Origin: a virus
Virus genome (UHGV): UHGV-1363679
DNA length: 40,131 bases
Direction: 5' to 3' (one strand)
Part shown: piece after piece, positions 1 through 7,689 of the stretch
Layout of the letters: each line of letters starts with the position of its first letter
Numbering within the stretch: position 1 is the stretch's first letter
Made by a program: the position numbers and the translations under genes
The notes under the pieces: generated by a model
The model's input: only the letters and a program-made list of their open reading frames with translations
Database searches by the model: none
What the model was told of the DNA's origin: nothing

Positions 1-432
1 AATGAGAGAAAGTATAACCAAACAGATACCTAATGAAAATTCAAAATTTTGTAGGACGAAGTAAAATTGTTCGCTAAATAATTGACTGGTTGGAAAAATA
101 CTTGGGATAATATATAAATACTTTTTGTTATAAATCTCCTTAGTTGAAAGATCAACATAATAGCATAACAAGATAGTGGCGATAGCAAAGAAAATAATAG
201 CTAACAAATTTAAAAAATAAACATTTACATAGTTGTATGTTAAAAGCTTTAAAGCTACTAATCCTGGTCTACCAATGGAAACCCAATGTTTTAAGTAGCC
301 TCTGTAGTTAGTCATTAAGTGCATAGTATCAATAGCATAAGTATTGTTAAATAGTTTAATACCATAAGTAGCAAAGACCATCAAAAAGCTGTAGATGGCT
401 AAGCCTTTGTTTTCTTTAAAAAAATATTTCAT
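1..432 (-). CDS. 5' part of a polytopic membrane protein gene (N-terminal ~144 codons; the gene continues beyond the window start). Likely host.
   Basis: Manual minus-strand translation from ATG at 432 (MKYFFKENKGLAIYSFLMVFATYGIKLF...) stays open to position 1. Hydrophobic TM-like segments. No phage-like features. Confidence 0.45.
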   Translation of the reverse strand, partial: MKYFFKENKGLAIYSFLMVFATYGIKLFNNTYAIDTMHLMTNYRGYLKHWVSIGRPGLVALKLLTYNYVNVYFLNLLAIIFFAIATILLCYYVDLSTKEIYNKKYLYIIPSIFPTSQLFSEQFYFVLQNFEFSLGICLVILSLI

Positions 433-808
433 TTTTTTCTCCTATCGTTTTATTTCTTAACCATATAAATTTACTTAGTTTTGAAATTTGAAAAAATTTT
501 TGAATTTTTCATAAATTATACTAACAAACACATATTTACTAAATAGAAAAAAACTTTTTTGAAAAAAGTCTTACTAGTTAAATAAAATAACCTATAAATT
601 ACCAAAAATATATTTATACAGTACATTAATTATAAAATAAGAGCACCTCAAATTCCAGTTTTAATTAAAAACAAGTAATTAGATAGTTCTTGTTTCGACA
701 AATCACTTATTAATATCAACAGCTAGTTGTATGAAAAAAACTATATATAATTATAAAAATAGATAGAGTCAGCTAAGATGACTTAAAAAATTAACATGAT
801 GGATATTT

Positions 809-1390
809 TTAAGGTGTCTGAGAAGATGCTTCTAGGATTCCAGTTTGTTGTTCAGATGACATTTGTCCTTTATTTTTAAGTTCAAGCCATTGCTCTAGCG
901 TAATGTTTCCAAGATAACTATAGATTTGATTTTCAGTAGATAAAGTGCCATCTAAGTTTTTTGTAAATGAGAGAGAGGTATTATTAATTATAAAATTCAT
1001 TGTAATGCTTCCGTCAGCGTTACTTAGAAAATTAGGACTCTGAATAACTCCATTTGGCTGGCCAGATCCAGACATTTTTCCATCAGGATTAATGAAAAAG
1101 AAATTACCACTTTGCGGAATACCCCAGCCACCAACAAAAGAAGACAAACTAGCTGGATCCTCAGTATGTGATTGTTCTTCTTCAGTTTGGGATAATTTTC
1201 TGTCAGCAGTTGAAGTAGTTGTTGTGTTAGTGGACAGTATGTTTTTTTCATTTATACTATTATTAGATGATTTCTTTACTGTAGAGGTGACAGTAGTTGA
1301 TGACCCTTTTGTATTTTCTGTTTTCGTATTTTCATTAGTACAAGCTGTTAGTAATAATAATGCAAAGACCAGCGAAAGAGATTTCTTCAT
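809..1390 (-). CDS. Ser/Thr-rich secreted lipoprotein (probably host-encoded, just outside the prophage).
   Basis: ORF-track 193 aa. N-terminus MKKSLSLVFALLLLTAC has a signal peptide with an L-T-A-C lipobox. Low-complexity S/T/N-rich mature part. It lies left of the candidate attL core. Confidence 0.65.
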   Translation of the reverse strand: MKKSLSLVFALLLLTACTNENTKTENTKGSSTTVTSTVKKSSNNSINEKNILSTNTTTTSTADRKLSQTEEEQSHTEDPASLSSFVGGWGIPQSGNFFFINPDGKMSGSGQPNGVIQSPNFLSNADGSITMNFIINNTSLSFTKNLDGTLSTENQIYSYLGNITLEQWLELKNKGQMSSEQQTGILEASSQTP

Positions 1391-1512
1391 TTGTAATCAT
1401 TCCTTTCAATCTATTCATAAATTTAGTAATGTAAATAACTGCTGTAAAAAAACTATACCATACTATAAAAATATAATAAAAAAAAAGAGTCAAAAAGCTA
1501 AGGCTATTAATA

Positions 1513-1736
1513 GAGGGGCAAAAAAGGGGCAAAAGTTGTAAAAGGTTGTAAAAAAATATATAGTATTAAATTATAATATTCTTGATTTAACAGTGTTTTT
1601 ACAAGGCTATAAATAGTCGTAAAATACGCTTGAAAGACTAAGCAAGTGCCGCCATGTGTCTGAATTATAGTTGATATAAAAGGCTTTAAGCCTTTTTTTA
1701 TTTGTTTTGAATTAAAAAAGGGGCACGAAAGGGGCA
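1513..1736. repeat. Four copies of A(A)GGGGCA in two tandem pairs (1513-1520/1524-1531 and 1718-1725/1729-1736, about 11-bp phasing). Also GTTGTAAAA x2 at 1535..1553. Candidate arm-type recombinase / RDF binding sites.
   Basis: Direct repeats read from the sequence between the int stop (1738) and the candidate attL core (1429). Confidence 0.4.
1676..1704. terminator. Rho-independent terminator-like hairpin (AAGGC-TTTAA-GCCTT). It is flanked by an A-run and a T-run, so it could act in both directions. It lies immediately downstream of int on the minus strand.
   Basis: Palindrome aaaaggctttaagcctttttttat read from the sequence. Confidence 0.5.
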
Positions 1737-1737
1737 A

Positions 1738-2874
1738 TTACTTGCCATATTTATTTAGAGCTTCTACCAGATTTGTTTTAGCTTTTTTTGTAACATGAGT
1801 ATAAATTTTTAAAGTTGTTTCCGTGTCAACGTGGCCTACACGTTCCATTATTGCTTTTACTGGTACATTTAATTCTGCAAGTAGTGAAATATGAGAATGT
1901 CTAAAAATATGACTTGATATAGTTTTGTTTATTTTATTTTTACCTAGACTTTCATTAGCTTTCTTTAGAGAGGCATTAAATGAATTAACTTGAATTGGTT
2001 TGCCCGTTTTGCCAACAAATAGATAATTTGTTTGCTCTTTGAATTTTATTTCTCTTTCTAAAATTAACTCTTCGATTATTTTCACAGCTCTATTTGATAA
2101 TTCTACTTTCCTGAATGATGCTAGAGTTTTAGGTAATTCTTTTGTAGCGTTTTTATAACCGTTAGAATAATCCAGAGTTCCATTAACTAAAATAGCATGT
2201 TCATTTTTTACATAATCATTTATAGTAAGACTAATTGCTTCACCAGCTCTTAATCCAGTTAAATACATAAACTCTGCTAAACGACCATGATGGACACTTT
2301 GAAATGTAGAATAATAATAGTTTAATAATTGATAAACCTCTTTCTCTTCTAGGTATTTACTTTCTATATTTTCAAAATTTTCTTTTGTTAGTGGGGGTTT
2401 AACAACTTTCACTCTATTGATAGGATTTTCATCAATCATTCCCATGTCTTGTGCATAAGTGAAGGACATGTTAAGCACACTTTTGAATTTTTTCTTATAC
2501 TCCCACGAATGCGGTAAATCATTAATAAAGTCTTGGAAAAATTTTGTATCTGTGTTTCTTATGAGTACATCAACATTCATATTGGAAAATATATATTTTA
2601 AAATTTTTCCGTAAGCTTTAACTGATGTTTTCCTAATAGATAATTGATGTTGTTGCCACCAGCTATTTAAGAGATTCTCTAATGATACTTTTTGTTGATC
2701 TTTTTTCTCCATTCGATTATTAATCTTATCCTGTAATTCCATCATCGCTTGTTTTTTTGCTTGGTTAGACTTCGAATTAAGTGTAACTGAAACACGTCGA
2801 TATTTTTCCGTGTACGGATCTTTATATCGCTCAAAGTATTTAAATTTTCCATTAGGAAGTTCCTCGATCCACAA
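1738..2874 (-). CDS. int: Phage tyrosine integrase (site-specific recombinase, phage integrase family).
   Basis: C-terminal catalytic region ...IFRHSHISLLAELNVPVKAIMERVGHVDTETTLKIYTHV shows the R..HxxR..Y pattern of tyrosine recombinases. The N-terminal LWIEELPNGKFKYFERYKD motif is typical of phage integrases. Likely TTG start at 2874, preceded by AAAGGAG with a 7-nt spacer. The ORF-track's longer 5' extension is probably not translated. Confidence 0.9.
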   Translation of the reverse strand: MWIEELPNGKFKYFERYKDPYTEKYRRVSVTLNSKSNQAKKQAMMELQDKINNRMEKKDQQKVSLENLLNSWWQQHQLSIRKTSVKAYGKILKYIFSNMNVDVLIRNTDTKFFQDFINDLPHSWEYKKKFKSVLNMSFTYAQDMGMIDENPINRVKVVKPPLTKENFENIESKYLEEKEVYQLLNYYYSTFQSVHHGRLAEFMYLTGLRAGEAISLTINDYVKNEHAILVNGTLDYSNGYKNATKELPKTLASFRKVELSNRAVKIIEELILEREIKFKEQTNYLFVGKTGKPIQVNSFNASLKKANESLGKNKINKTISSHIFRHSHISLLAELNVPVKAIMERVGHVDTETTLKIYTHVTKKAKTNLVEALNKYGK

Positions 2875-2941
2875 TGTTAAAACTCCTTTCGAATGTATGT
2901 TCTCAAGTATTGAAAAAAGAAAAGCCCGAAGGCCATTCCTT

Positions 2942-3139
2942 TTACTTAAACAAATCCCAAAAGCTAAAAGTTGTTTTATTATATACTTTATTATACATAG
3001 CTTTCTTGGGGTTCTTAATGAAACCAGTTCCTTTTTGCCCATAACCAGGAATTACTGCTTTTTTAAGCTTACGTTTAGCTTTTCCAGTAGTACGAGCACT
3101 TATTGATTTTTTTATACTTGGTTTACGCATTCCTACTTT
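2942..3139 (-). CDS. Small, very basic hypothetical protein (~65 aa, Lys-rich) between int and the lipoprotein gene.
   Basis: ORF-track 2942..3151. An internal ATG at 3139 is preceded by GGACGTG. Product MKVGMRKPSIKKSISARTTGKAKRKLKKAVIPGYGQKGTGFIKNPKK... No recognisable domain. Confidence 0.3.
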   Translation of the reverse strand, partial: KVGMRKPSIKKSISARTTGKAKRKLKKAVIPGYGQKGTGFIKNPKKAMYNKVYNKTTFSFWDLFK

Positions 3140-3157
3140 CATGTAAAACACGTCCTT

Positions 3158-4042
3158 TTATATATTATTTAAAGCATAAGTTATTTCTGAATCGGTAAAA
3201 CCTTCATATGACAACTGGTCTTTTAATTTTTCTTTAGAGATATCCATACTTTCCATATACTCTTTAGCCTTATTTACCGCTTGTTTATTCCAATTGGTAG
3301 ATATATTTTCTACTGCAAAGTTTGCTGCTTCATCAGAAAATTTTTCATACTGAAGTTGTTTATATAAGCTAATTTTTGAAAAAGAGCTGTGGTTAATATA
3401 CTCTTCAGCTTTTATCTTTGCATTTGTGTATTCCAGAGGAACTTTACTAGATTGCGAGGAAGAAGCAGTTGTTTCTTGCGCCTTTTTATCCTTACCAGCT
3501 AGTACATCTGCTAATAATTCGTCTAAATCATTACTATTTAAATCATTGTTAAAAACAAAAGTGACAAATTTATTATCATCTATTGAATTTTCAGATTTAC
3601 GAGTATATTTTTTTGAATTATCTGGAATACTATTTTCTAAAACAAGAATTAAATCATCAAACTTTTTTTCTACTACGCTATTTGCAAGTCTCATAGTAGA
3701 AAAAATGGTTAGCGCAGAAGGCTGTTTTTCATCGGTTTTTGTGAACAAAGCAAAAGCAATCGGTGACAAACTTTCTTTAAATATTTCAACTTTTAGATTT
3801 TTTGATGTCAGATAGGAATCATACTTATTAGTAAGTTCATACTTACTTTCGGTTAATTCATTTAAATTAGATTCTATTACTTTTTTTGAATCTATTCCCA
3901 ATTTATTTTCAGGTATTTTGGTAGTTTGTTTTTTTTCATGCGTTTCCGCTTCTTTTGTTTTATCATCGTTACCACTGGCACTACAACCTGATATAAAAAT
4001 AATAGGTAGTAGTAGTGAAGTTAAAATAACCCCTTTTTTCAT
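3158..4042 (-). CDS. Ltp-family (host cell surface-exposed lipoprotein) protein, a candidate superinfection-exclusion lipoprotein.
   Basis: Signal peptide plus lipobox (LLLPIIFISGCSASG). The C-terminus carries two tandem ~45-aa repeats (AEEYINHSSFSKISLYKQLQYEKFSDEAANFAVENISTNW / AVNKAKEYMESMDISKEKLKDQLSYEGFTDSEITYALNNI) matching the Ltp repeat (…FS..L..QL.YEGFs...A.YAv.n). Its position between int and the repressor matches ltp of S. thermophilus phage TP-J34. Confidence 0.7.
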   Translation of the reverse strand: MKKGVILTSLLLPIIFISGCSASGNDDKTKEAETHEKKQTTKIPENKLGIDSKKVIESNLNELTESKYELTNKYDSYLTSKNLKVEIFKESLSPIAFALFTKTDEKQPSALTIFSTMRLANSVVEKKFDDLILVLENSIPDNSKKYTRKSENSIDDNKFVTFVFNNDLNSNDLDELLADVLAGKDKKAQETTASSSQSSKVPLEYTNAKIKAEEYINHSSFSKISLYKQLQYEKFSDEAANFAVENISTNWNKQAVNKAKEYMESMDISKEKLKDQLSYEGFTDSEITYALNNI

Positions 4043-4106
4043 TTTTAAAACTCCCCATTTCTGATATAATGTATTTATTGAATAATTCTCATAAATGAGG
4101 AAAGAG

Positions 4107-4133
4107 TTCCGTGTTGTAGCACGGGGCTTTTTT
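4107..4133 (+). terminator. Plus-strand-oriented intrinsic terminator hairpin (CCGTG-ttgtag-CACGG followed by GGCTTTTTT), lying between two minus-strand genes.
   Basis: Hairpin plus T-run read from the sequence. On the minus strand the same element is A-run then hairpin, which is not a terminator. Confidence 0.4.
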
Positions 4134-4605
4134 ATTGTAAATTTGTATTTAAAATCATGACTGATAAATCATTAAACTCGAAAATTCTTCCTTTATAAAA
4201 ATGGGTATCACCAAATTTTTGTCGATAATAGGCGAGTACATTTTTGAGCGTTTCAACGTCTACCCCTAAAAATTCAGCACACGTGTAATGATTACTGAAT
4301 CCTGATTCTGAACACTTAATTAGATCATCCAAAGTGACTAATTGTTCTAAAGCATATTGTCTAGCTTTTAGTTCTTGTTTACGATTTTCTAAACAATCTT
4401 GGTTTAATATGTCACCAAACGATGTATCGTGGTGGCCAAGTTCCTCAGCTAGCACATTTCTTTTTTTAATTAGACTCAACGATTTTTCAATATAAATTCT
4501 ACCATCACGGTACAAACCATAGCATCCAGTATTTTGAAACAAATCTGTTTCAATAACTGGTGCTTTTTTCTGTACCTCTGACACCAACAGTTCATATTCG
4601 TTCAT
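4132..4605 (-). CDS. ImmA/IrrE-family (DUF955) metallopeptidase-like protein, co-transcribed with the repressor.
   Basis: Degenerate zinc-peptidase region LAEELGHHDTSFG. Position immediately downstream of the XRE repressor matches the ImmR/ImmA arrangement. Start chosen at ATG 4605 (CAGGAGTA-tttt-ATG, MNEYELLV...) rather than the longer overlapping ORF-track start. Confidence 0.65.
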   Translation of the reverse strand: MNEYELLVSEVQKKAPVIETDLFQNTGCYGLYRDGRIYIEKSLSLIKKRNVLAEELGHHDTSFGDILNQDCLENRKQELKARQYALEQLVTLDDLIKCSESGFSNHYTCAEFLGVDVETLKNVLAYYRQKFGDTHFYKGRIFEFNDLSVMILNTNLQ

Positions 4606-4621
4606 AAAATACTCCTGAAAA

Positions 4622-5146
4622 TTATTCTTTATCATCTGATGCATCATCAAAAAGATGTTTACATTCTTTTTGCTTCCTATCATAATCAGCATCCACTTTA
4701 TCTAGAAATTGATTAATTTTAAGTTTCTCTTCATCAGTAAATACTTTATCAGGGTCTGGTGAATGCGCAGCTAAAGTATCGTATTTTTTCTTGTTAATGT
4801 TAACTACATTATTAGAAGCTTTGTTTTGTTGCACCAATTGCTCTTTAGCAGTCTCATATACAATTTTTTGTCTTTCTGGCTCTAGAATATTATAAATAGA
4901 TTCTAGAGATGAAGGGTCACTGTTTTCTTTGTAAGTAGTATCGATATCACTTTTTTTGATTTTAAAATAATCAGCTATTCTTTGGATTACGCCATGAGAA
5001 GGGTTTGACCTAAGATTCATATAATCGCTCATTGTTGATGGAGATATTCCGATTTCTTCAGCTAATTTTTTTTGTGTAATATTACTTTCTTTAAGATACT
5101 TTTTTATGTTAGTTGCTATTATCTTATTACGTTGTTTGTCTTCCAC
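4622..5146 (-). CDS. CI-like lysogeny repressor (XRE-family HTH).
   Basis: N-terminal HTH_XRE (KKLAEEIGISPSTMSDYMNLRSNPSHGVIQRIADYF). GTG start at 5146 preceded by AAGGAGGTG. Divergent from cro across the operator region. Confidence 0.85.
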   Translation of the reverse strand: MEDKQRNKIIATNIKKYLKESNITQKKLAEEIGISPSTMSDYMNLRSNPSHGVIQRIADYFKIKKSDIDTTYKENSDPSSLESIYNILEPERQKIVYETAKEQLVQQNKASNNVVNINKKKYDTLAAHSPDPDKVFTDEEKLKINQFLDKVDADYDRKQKECKHLFDDASDDKE

Positions 5147-5169
5147 GATAACACCTCCTTATATTTCAT

Positions 5170-5198
5170 ATTATACGAAAAAATCGTAAGGATGTAAA
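5170..5198 (-). promoter_or_regulatory. Leftward promoter P_L for the repressor operon. On the minus strand: -35 TTTACA (5193..5198), 17-nt spacer, -10 TATAAT (5170..5175). Operator O1 lies in the spacer.
   Basis: Hexamers read from the reverse complement with correct 17-nt spacing. Confidence 0.55.
5174..5188. promoter_or_regulatory. Operator O1: palindrome TACGA-AAAAA-TCGTA.
   Basis: Perfect inverted half-sites. Same motif at 5237..5251 (O3) and 5474..5488 (O4). A half-site copy (ATACGAAAAAAACGAA) at 5206..5221. Confidence 0.6.
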
Positions 5199-5229
5199 TA
5201 GACAAATACGAAAAAAACGAATTTTATTA

Positions 5230-5258
5230 TTGACAATACGAAAAAATCGTATTATAGT
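5230..5258 (+). promoter_or_regulatory. Rightward promoter P_R for cro and the early operon: -35 TTGACA (5230..5235), 17-nt spacer, -10 TATAGT (5253..5258). Operator O3 (5237..5251) fills the spacer.
   Basis: Consensus -35, near-consensus -10 and exact 17-nt spacing read from the sequence. Confidence 0.65.
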
Positions 5259-5284
5259 TATGGCATAGAAAGGAGGGATTAGAT

Positions 5285-5548
5285 ATGAAAACATTAAAAG
5301 AATTAAGAGTTGAGTATGGGTTGACTCAAGAAGAATTGGCTGACTTGTTTAAAGTGACTTCTAGAACTATTCAAAATATGGAAAAAGATTCATCCAATAT
5401 AAAAGATAGTTTACTAAAAAAATATATGGATGCCTTTGCCGTAAAATATGATGATATTTTTTTAGGTAATGAATACGAAAATTTCGTACATTTGGAAGAA
5501 AAGAAAAAGTCTATTATTTTAACCTTTAAAAATAAGCAGTTAACTTAA
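5285..5548 (+). CDS. Cro-like XRE-family HTH regulator.
   Basis: HTH_XRE motif (LTQEELADLFKVTSRTIQNMEKD). RBS AAAGGAGGG 8 nt upstream. First gene of the rightward operon. Confidence 0.8.
   Translation: MKTLKELRVEYGLTQEELADLFKVTSRTIQNMEKDSSNIKDSLLKKYMDAFAVKYDDIFLGNEYENFVHLEEKKKSIILTFKNKQLT
5474..5488. promoter_or_regulatory. Operator-like palindrome O4 (TACGAAA-A-TTTCGTA) inside the 3' part of the cro coding sequence.
   Basis: Same TACGA/TCGTA half-sites and spacing as O1/O3. Confidence 0.5.
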
Positions 5549-5586
5549 AAATTTAAGCAACAAATAAAAAGGAGGTAATAAAAGAA

Positions 5587-5838
5587 ATGTCACAAATCAC
5601 ACTAGCAAAGACTATCGAAGTACAGCAAGCGTGGATGGCAAAAGATGAAGCAATTATTTATTTTGGCTATCAGCATCACAAACCAACATTTCAAAAACTT
5701 CTGAGAGAGTTTAAGGAACATAAAGAATTTAAAGATGGATATAGACTCGTTACATCATGCATGCCAATTATTCACATTCAGAAATTTGATGAATTTTTGG
5801 TTTGGCGGGAAAAAAACAAGTATAAGCGAAACAAATAA
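5587..5838 (+). CDS. Small protein in the excisionase position (DUF771-like / putative DNA-binding; function uncertain).
   Basis: 83 aa, RBS AAAGGAGG. Sits between cro and the antirepressor, where lactic-acid-bacteria phages carry DUF771/Xis-like genes. Assignment by position and size only. Confidence 0.4.
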   Translation: MSQITLAKTIEVQQAWMAKDEAIIYFGYQHHKPTFQKLLREFKEHKEFKDGYRLVTSCMPIIHIQKFDEFLVWREKNKYKRNK

Positions 5839-5857
5839 ACGTTACAGGAGGAAGAAA

Positions 5858-6610
5858 ATGGCAGACTTAGTAATTATGAAAAATGAACAAGCAGTAACAA
5901 GTAGTTTACAAATTGCAGAGACATTCAATAAAAATCATCAACATGTTTTGCGCGACTTGGATAATTTGAAAGAGGGTGTCCAAAATTGGACAGACCTATT
6001 TTACGAAGATACCTACATTCATCCGCAAAACAAACAATCCTATCGCCAAGTTATCATGAATCGCGACGGCTTCACTTTATTAGCAATGGGGTTCACTGGT
6101 CAAAAGGCATTGCAGTTCAAACTGAAATATATTGAGGCTTTTAATCAAATGGAAAATCACATCAAGGAACAATTAGATACGTCAACTTTAAGTCCAGAAC
6201 TACAATTCATGAATAGCGTAGTCCAATCACTCGCAAAACAAGAAATAGCGAACAAACGTCTTGAAAACAAGGTAGATAACATCACGGATATTATCGCTTT
6301 AAATACAACTGATTGGCGCAAAGAATGCCGTAGCCTGGTTAATAAGATGGCAAAAACACAAGGTGAATTTGGTGCTTATCAAGAAATACAAACAGCGATT
6401 TATAACGAAGTAGATCGTCGAGCTGGCTCATCGTTGAAAACACGTTTAACCAATTTAAAAAATCGCATGGCATACGAAGGTGCTTCGAAAACCAAAATCA
6501 GGAATACAAATAAATTAGATGTCATAGACAATGACAAACGACTAAAAGAAATCTATTTAGCAGTTGTTAAAGATTTTGCTATTAAATACGGAATCTGGAA
6601 GGAGAATTAG
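5858..6610 (+). CDS. Phage antirepressor / regulatory protein, Rha family (Phage_pRha N-terminal domain).
   Basis: MADLVIMKNEQAVTSSLQIAETFNKNHQHVLRDLDNL... matches the Rha N-terminal signature. Start at ATG 5858 (AGGAGGAAGAAA-ATG), not the ORF-track 5735. Confidence 0.8.
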   Translation: MADLVIMKNEQAVTSSLQIAETFNKNHQHVLRDLDNLKEGVQNWTDLFYEDTYIHPQNKQSYRQVIMNRDGFTLLAMGFTGQKALQFKLKYIEAFNQMENHIKEQLDTSTLSPELQFMNSVVQSLAKQEIANKRLENKVDNITDIIALNTTDWRKECRSLVNKMAKTQGEFGAYQEIQTAIYNEVDRRAGSSLKTRLTNLKNRMAYEGASKTKIRNTNKLDVIDNDKRLKEIYLAVVKDFAIKYGIWKEN

Positions 6611-6611
6611 G

Positions 6612-6908
6612 ATGGATATTGAAGAAAAACGAGCAGTAAAGGAATTCTTGAGTACTATCGTTTCAGAAGAATCAGCCAACCAATTGGTAAATCTGGAAGG
6701 GCAAAATTTAAACGATGTGTACTATACGTTACAAGAACAAATGGAATACGAAGGTCTTGCTCCTGAAGAACCGACAGTAAAAAGTGTTATTAATGAAATT
6801 CGGGAGTTACTAGAAATTAATCTAAGTGATGATTTTGGGATTAAAGACTATCAAGACCTTATTTATCAAAAAGTAGATATGTTAAGTAGCATATTAGGTA
6901 TCGAATAG
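6612..6908 (+). CDS. Hypothetical early protein (98 aa).
   Basis: ORF-track frame. ATG 6612 preceded by AGGAGAATTAGG. Confidence 0.45.
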   Translation: MDIEEKRAVKEFLSTIVSEESANQLVNLEGQNLNDVYYTLQEQMEYEGLAPEEPTVKSVINEIRELLEINLSDDFGIKDYQDLIYQKVDMLSSILGIE

Positions 6909-6922
6909 GAGGGAATTTGAAA

Positions 6923-7081
6923 TGAATGAAGAAGGAAAAGAAAAAATACGCGAACTAGCGTTGGAAATTGTAGAGATATTAAAAGAACAAAGCAACCCTA
7001 ATACAAAAATTGAAATCAGCATAGACAGAATCGAACAGACAAGTGTTGACTGGTCAGAGCCAACACCTGAATGGAATTAAT
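6923..7081 (+). CDS. Small hypothetical protein (~52 aa).
   Basis: Manual: GGAGGGAATTTGAA-ATG, MNEEGKEKIRELALEIVEILKEQSNPNTKIEISIDRIEQTSVDWSEPTPEWN*. Confidence 0.3.
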
Positions 7082-7296
7082 TAGTATCCATGTCTGTAAG
7101 GGTATCTTTTGATGTTTTGATGGTAGTAGCTGCCCTTTGAAGGGGACGACATTAGACCATCGTAGACATATTGAGGTACACCTAAATGCGTGTATGCTCC
7201 GTTGTGGAATTGGACCGTCAGCTCTTGGCTAGAAGAGTCATATCCTGCAGCAACCATATTGCTAGAAGAAACAGGAATCATATCCATGCTATTCAC
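7081..7296 (-). CDS. KTSC-domain protein (71 aa), encoded antisense to the early operon.
   Basis: VSSSNMVAAGYDSSSQELTVQFHNGAYTHLGVPQYVYDGLMSSPSKGSYYHQNIKRYPY fits the KTSC domain pattern (SSN..AVGYD...L.V.F.NG..Y.Y.GVP..VY..L..A.SKG.YF...I...Y.Y). RBS AAGGCGGTG upstream of ATG 7296. Confidence 0.6.
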   Translation of the reverse strand: MNSMDMIPVSSSNMVAAGYDSSSQELTVQFHNGAYTHLGVPQYVYDGLMSSPSKGSYYHQNIKRYPYRHGY

Positions 7297-7492
7297 CGCC
7301 TTAATTTATTTTAGCACAAACATGCTAATAACTAATTATATCAAAATTTGGTAATCAGAGGAGAATTTTAAATGTCTAAAGAAAATATCCAAGATAAATA
7401 TCATGAATCTTTAAAGGAACGGAGTATCACAGACCCATACAAAGAACTAGCTGAACGTCTCAACGGAGTCAAACAAAGTTAGGAGTGTCAAT

Positions 7493-7678
7493 GTGGCTTA
7501 TACAATAGAACAAGAAAGCTGGATACTCAACCAAATCAAAAAAGAGCGGAAACAGCTACAAGATGATAGAGCAGCGCTTAGACAATCAGAACAACTGACC
7601 GAAGGAAAAACATATCAAATTGAAAGAGAACTTGAATTTTTAAGATACTTAGAGATTCAAAATAGAATCCATGTATAA
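7493..7678 (+). CDS. Hypothetical small protein (61 aa, GTG start).
   Basis: AGGAG 7 nt upstream of GTG 7493. Confidence 0.4.
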   Translation: MAYTIEQESWILNQIKKERKQLQDDRAALRQSEQLTEGKTYQIERELEFLRYLEIQNRIHV

Positions 7679-7689
7679 GGAGAAATGAA

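Noticed and set aside
478-489. Alternative att repeat TTTGAAATTT (~480 and ~39051)
   Set aside because: Shorter and AT-only, so more likely by chance. It is ~1.2 kb from int, far beyond the arm-type repeats. The 11-bp repeat at 1429/39002 fits better. Kept as the alternative in the att finding.
1092-1541. 149-aa plus-strand ORF (and 1024..1251, 1335..1532, 1507..1737 minus-strand ORFs) in the lipoprotein/att region
   Set aside because: Antisense or overlapping to the well-supported lipoprotein gene. Low-complexity translations of Ser/Thr-codon-rich DNA. No RBS. The 1507..1737 ORF is produced by the AAGGGGCA repeats.
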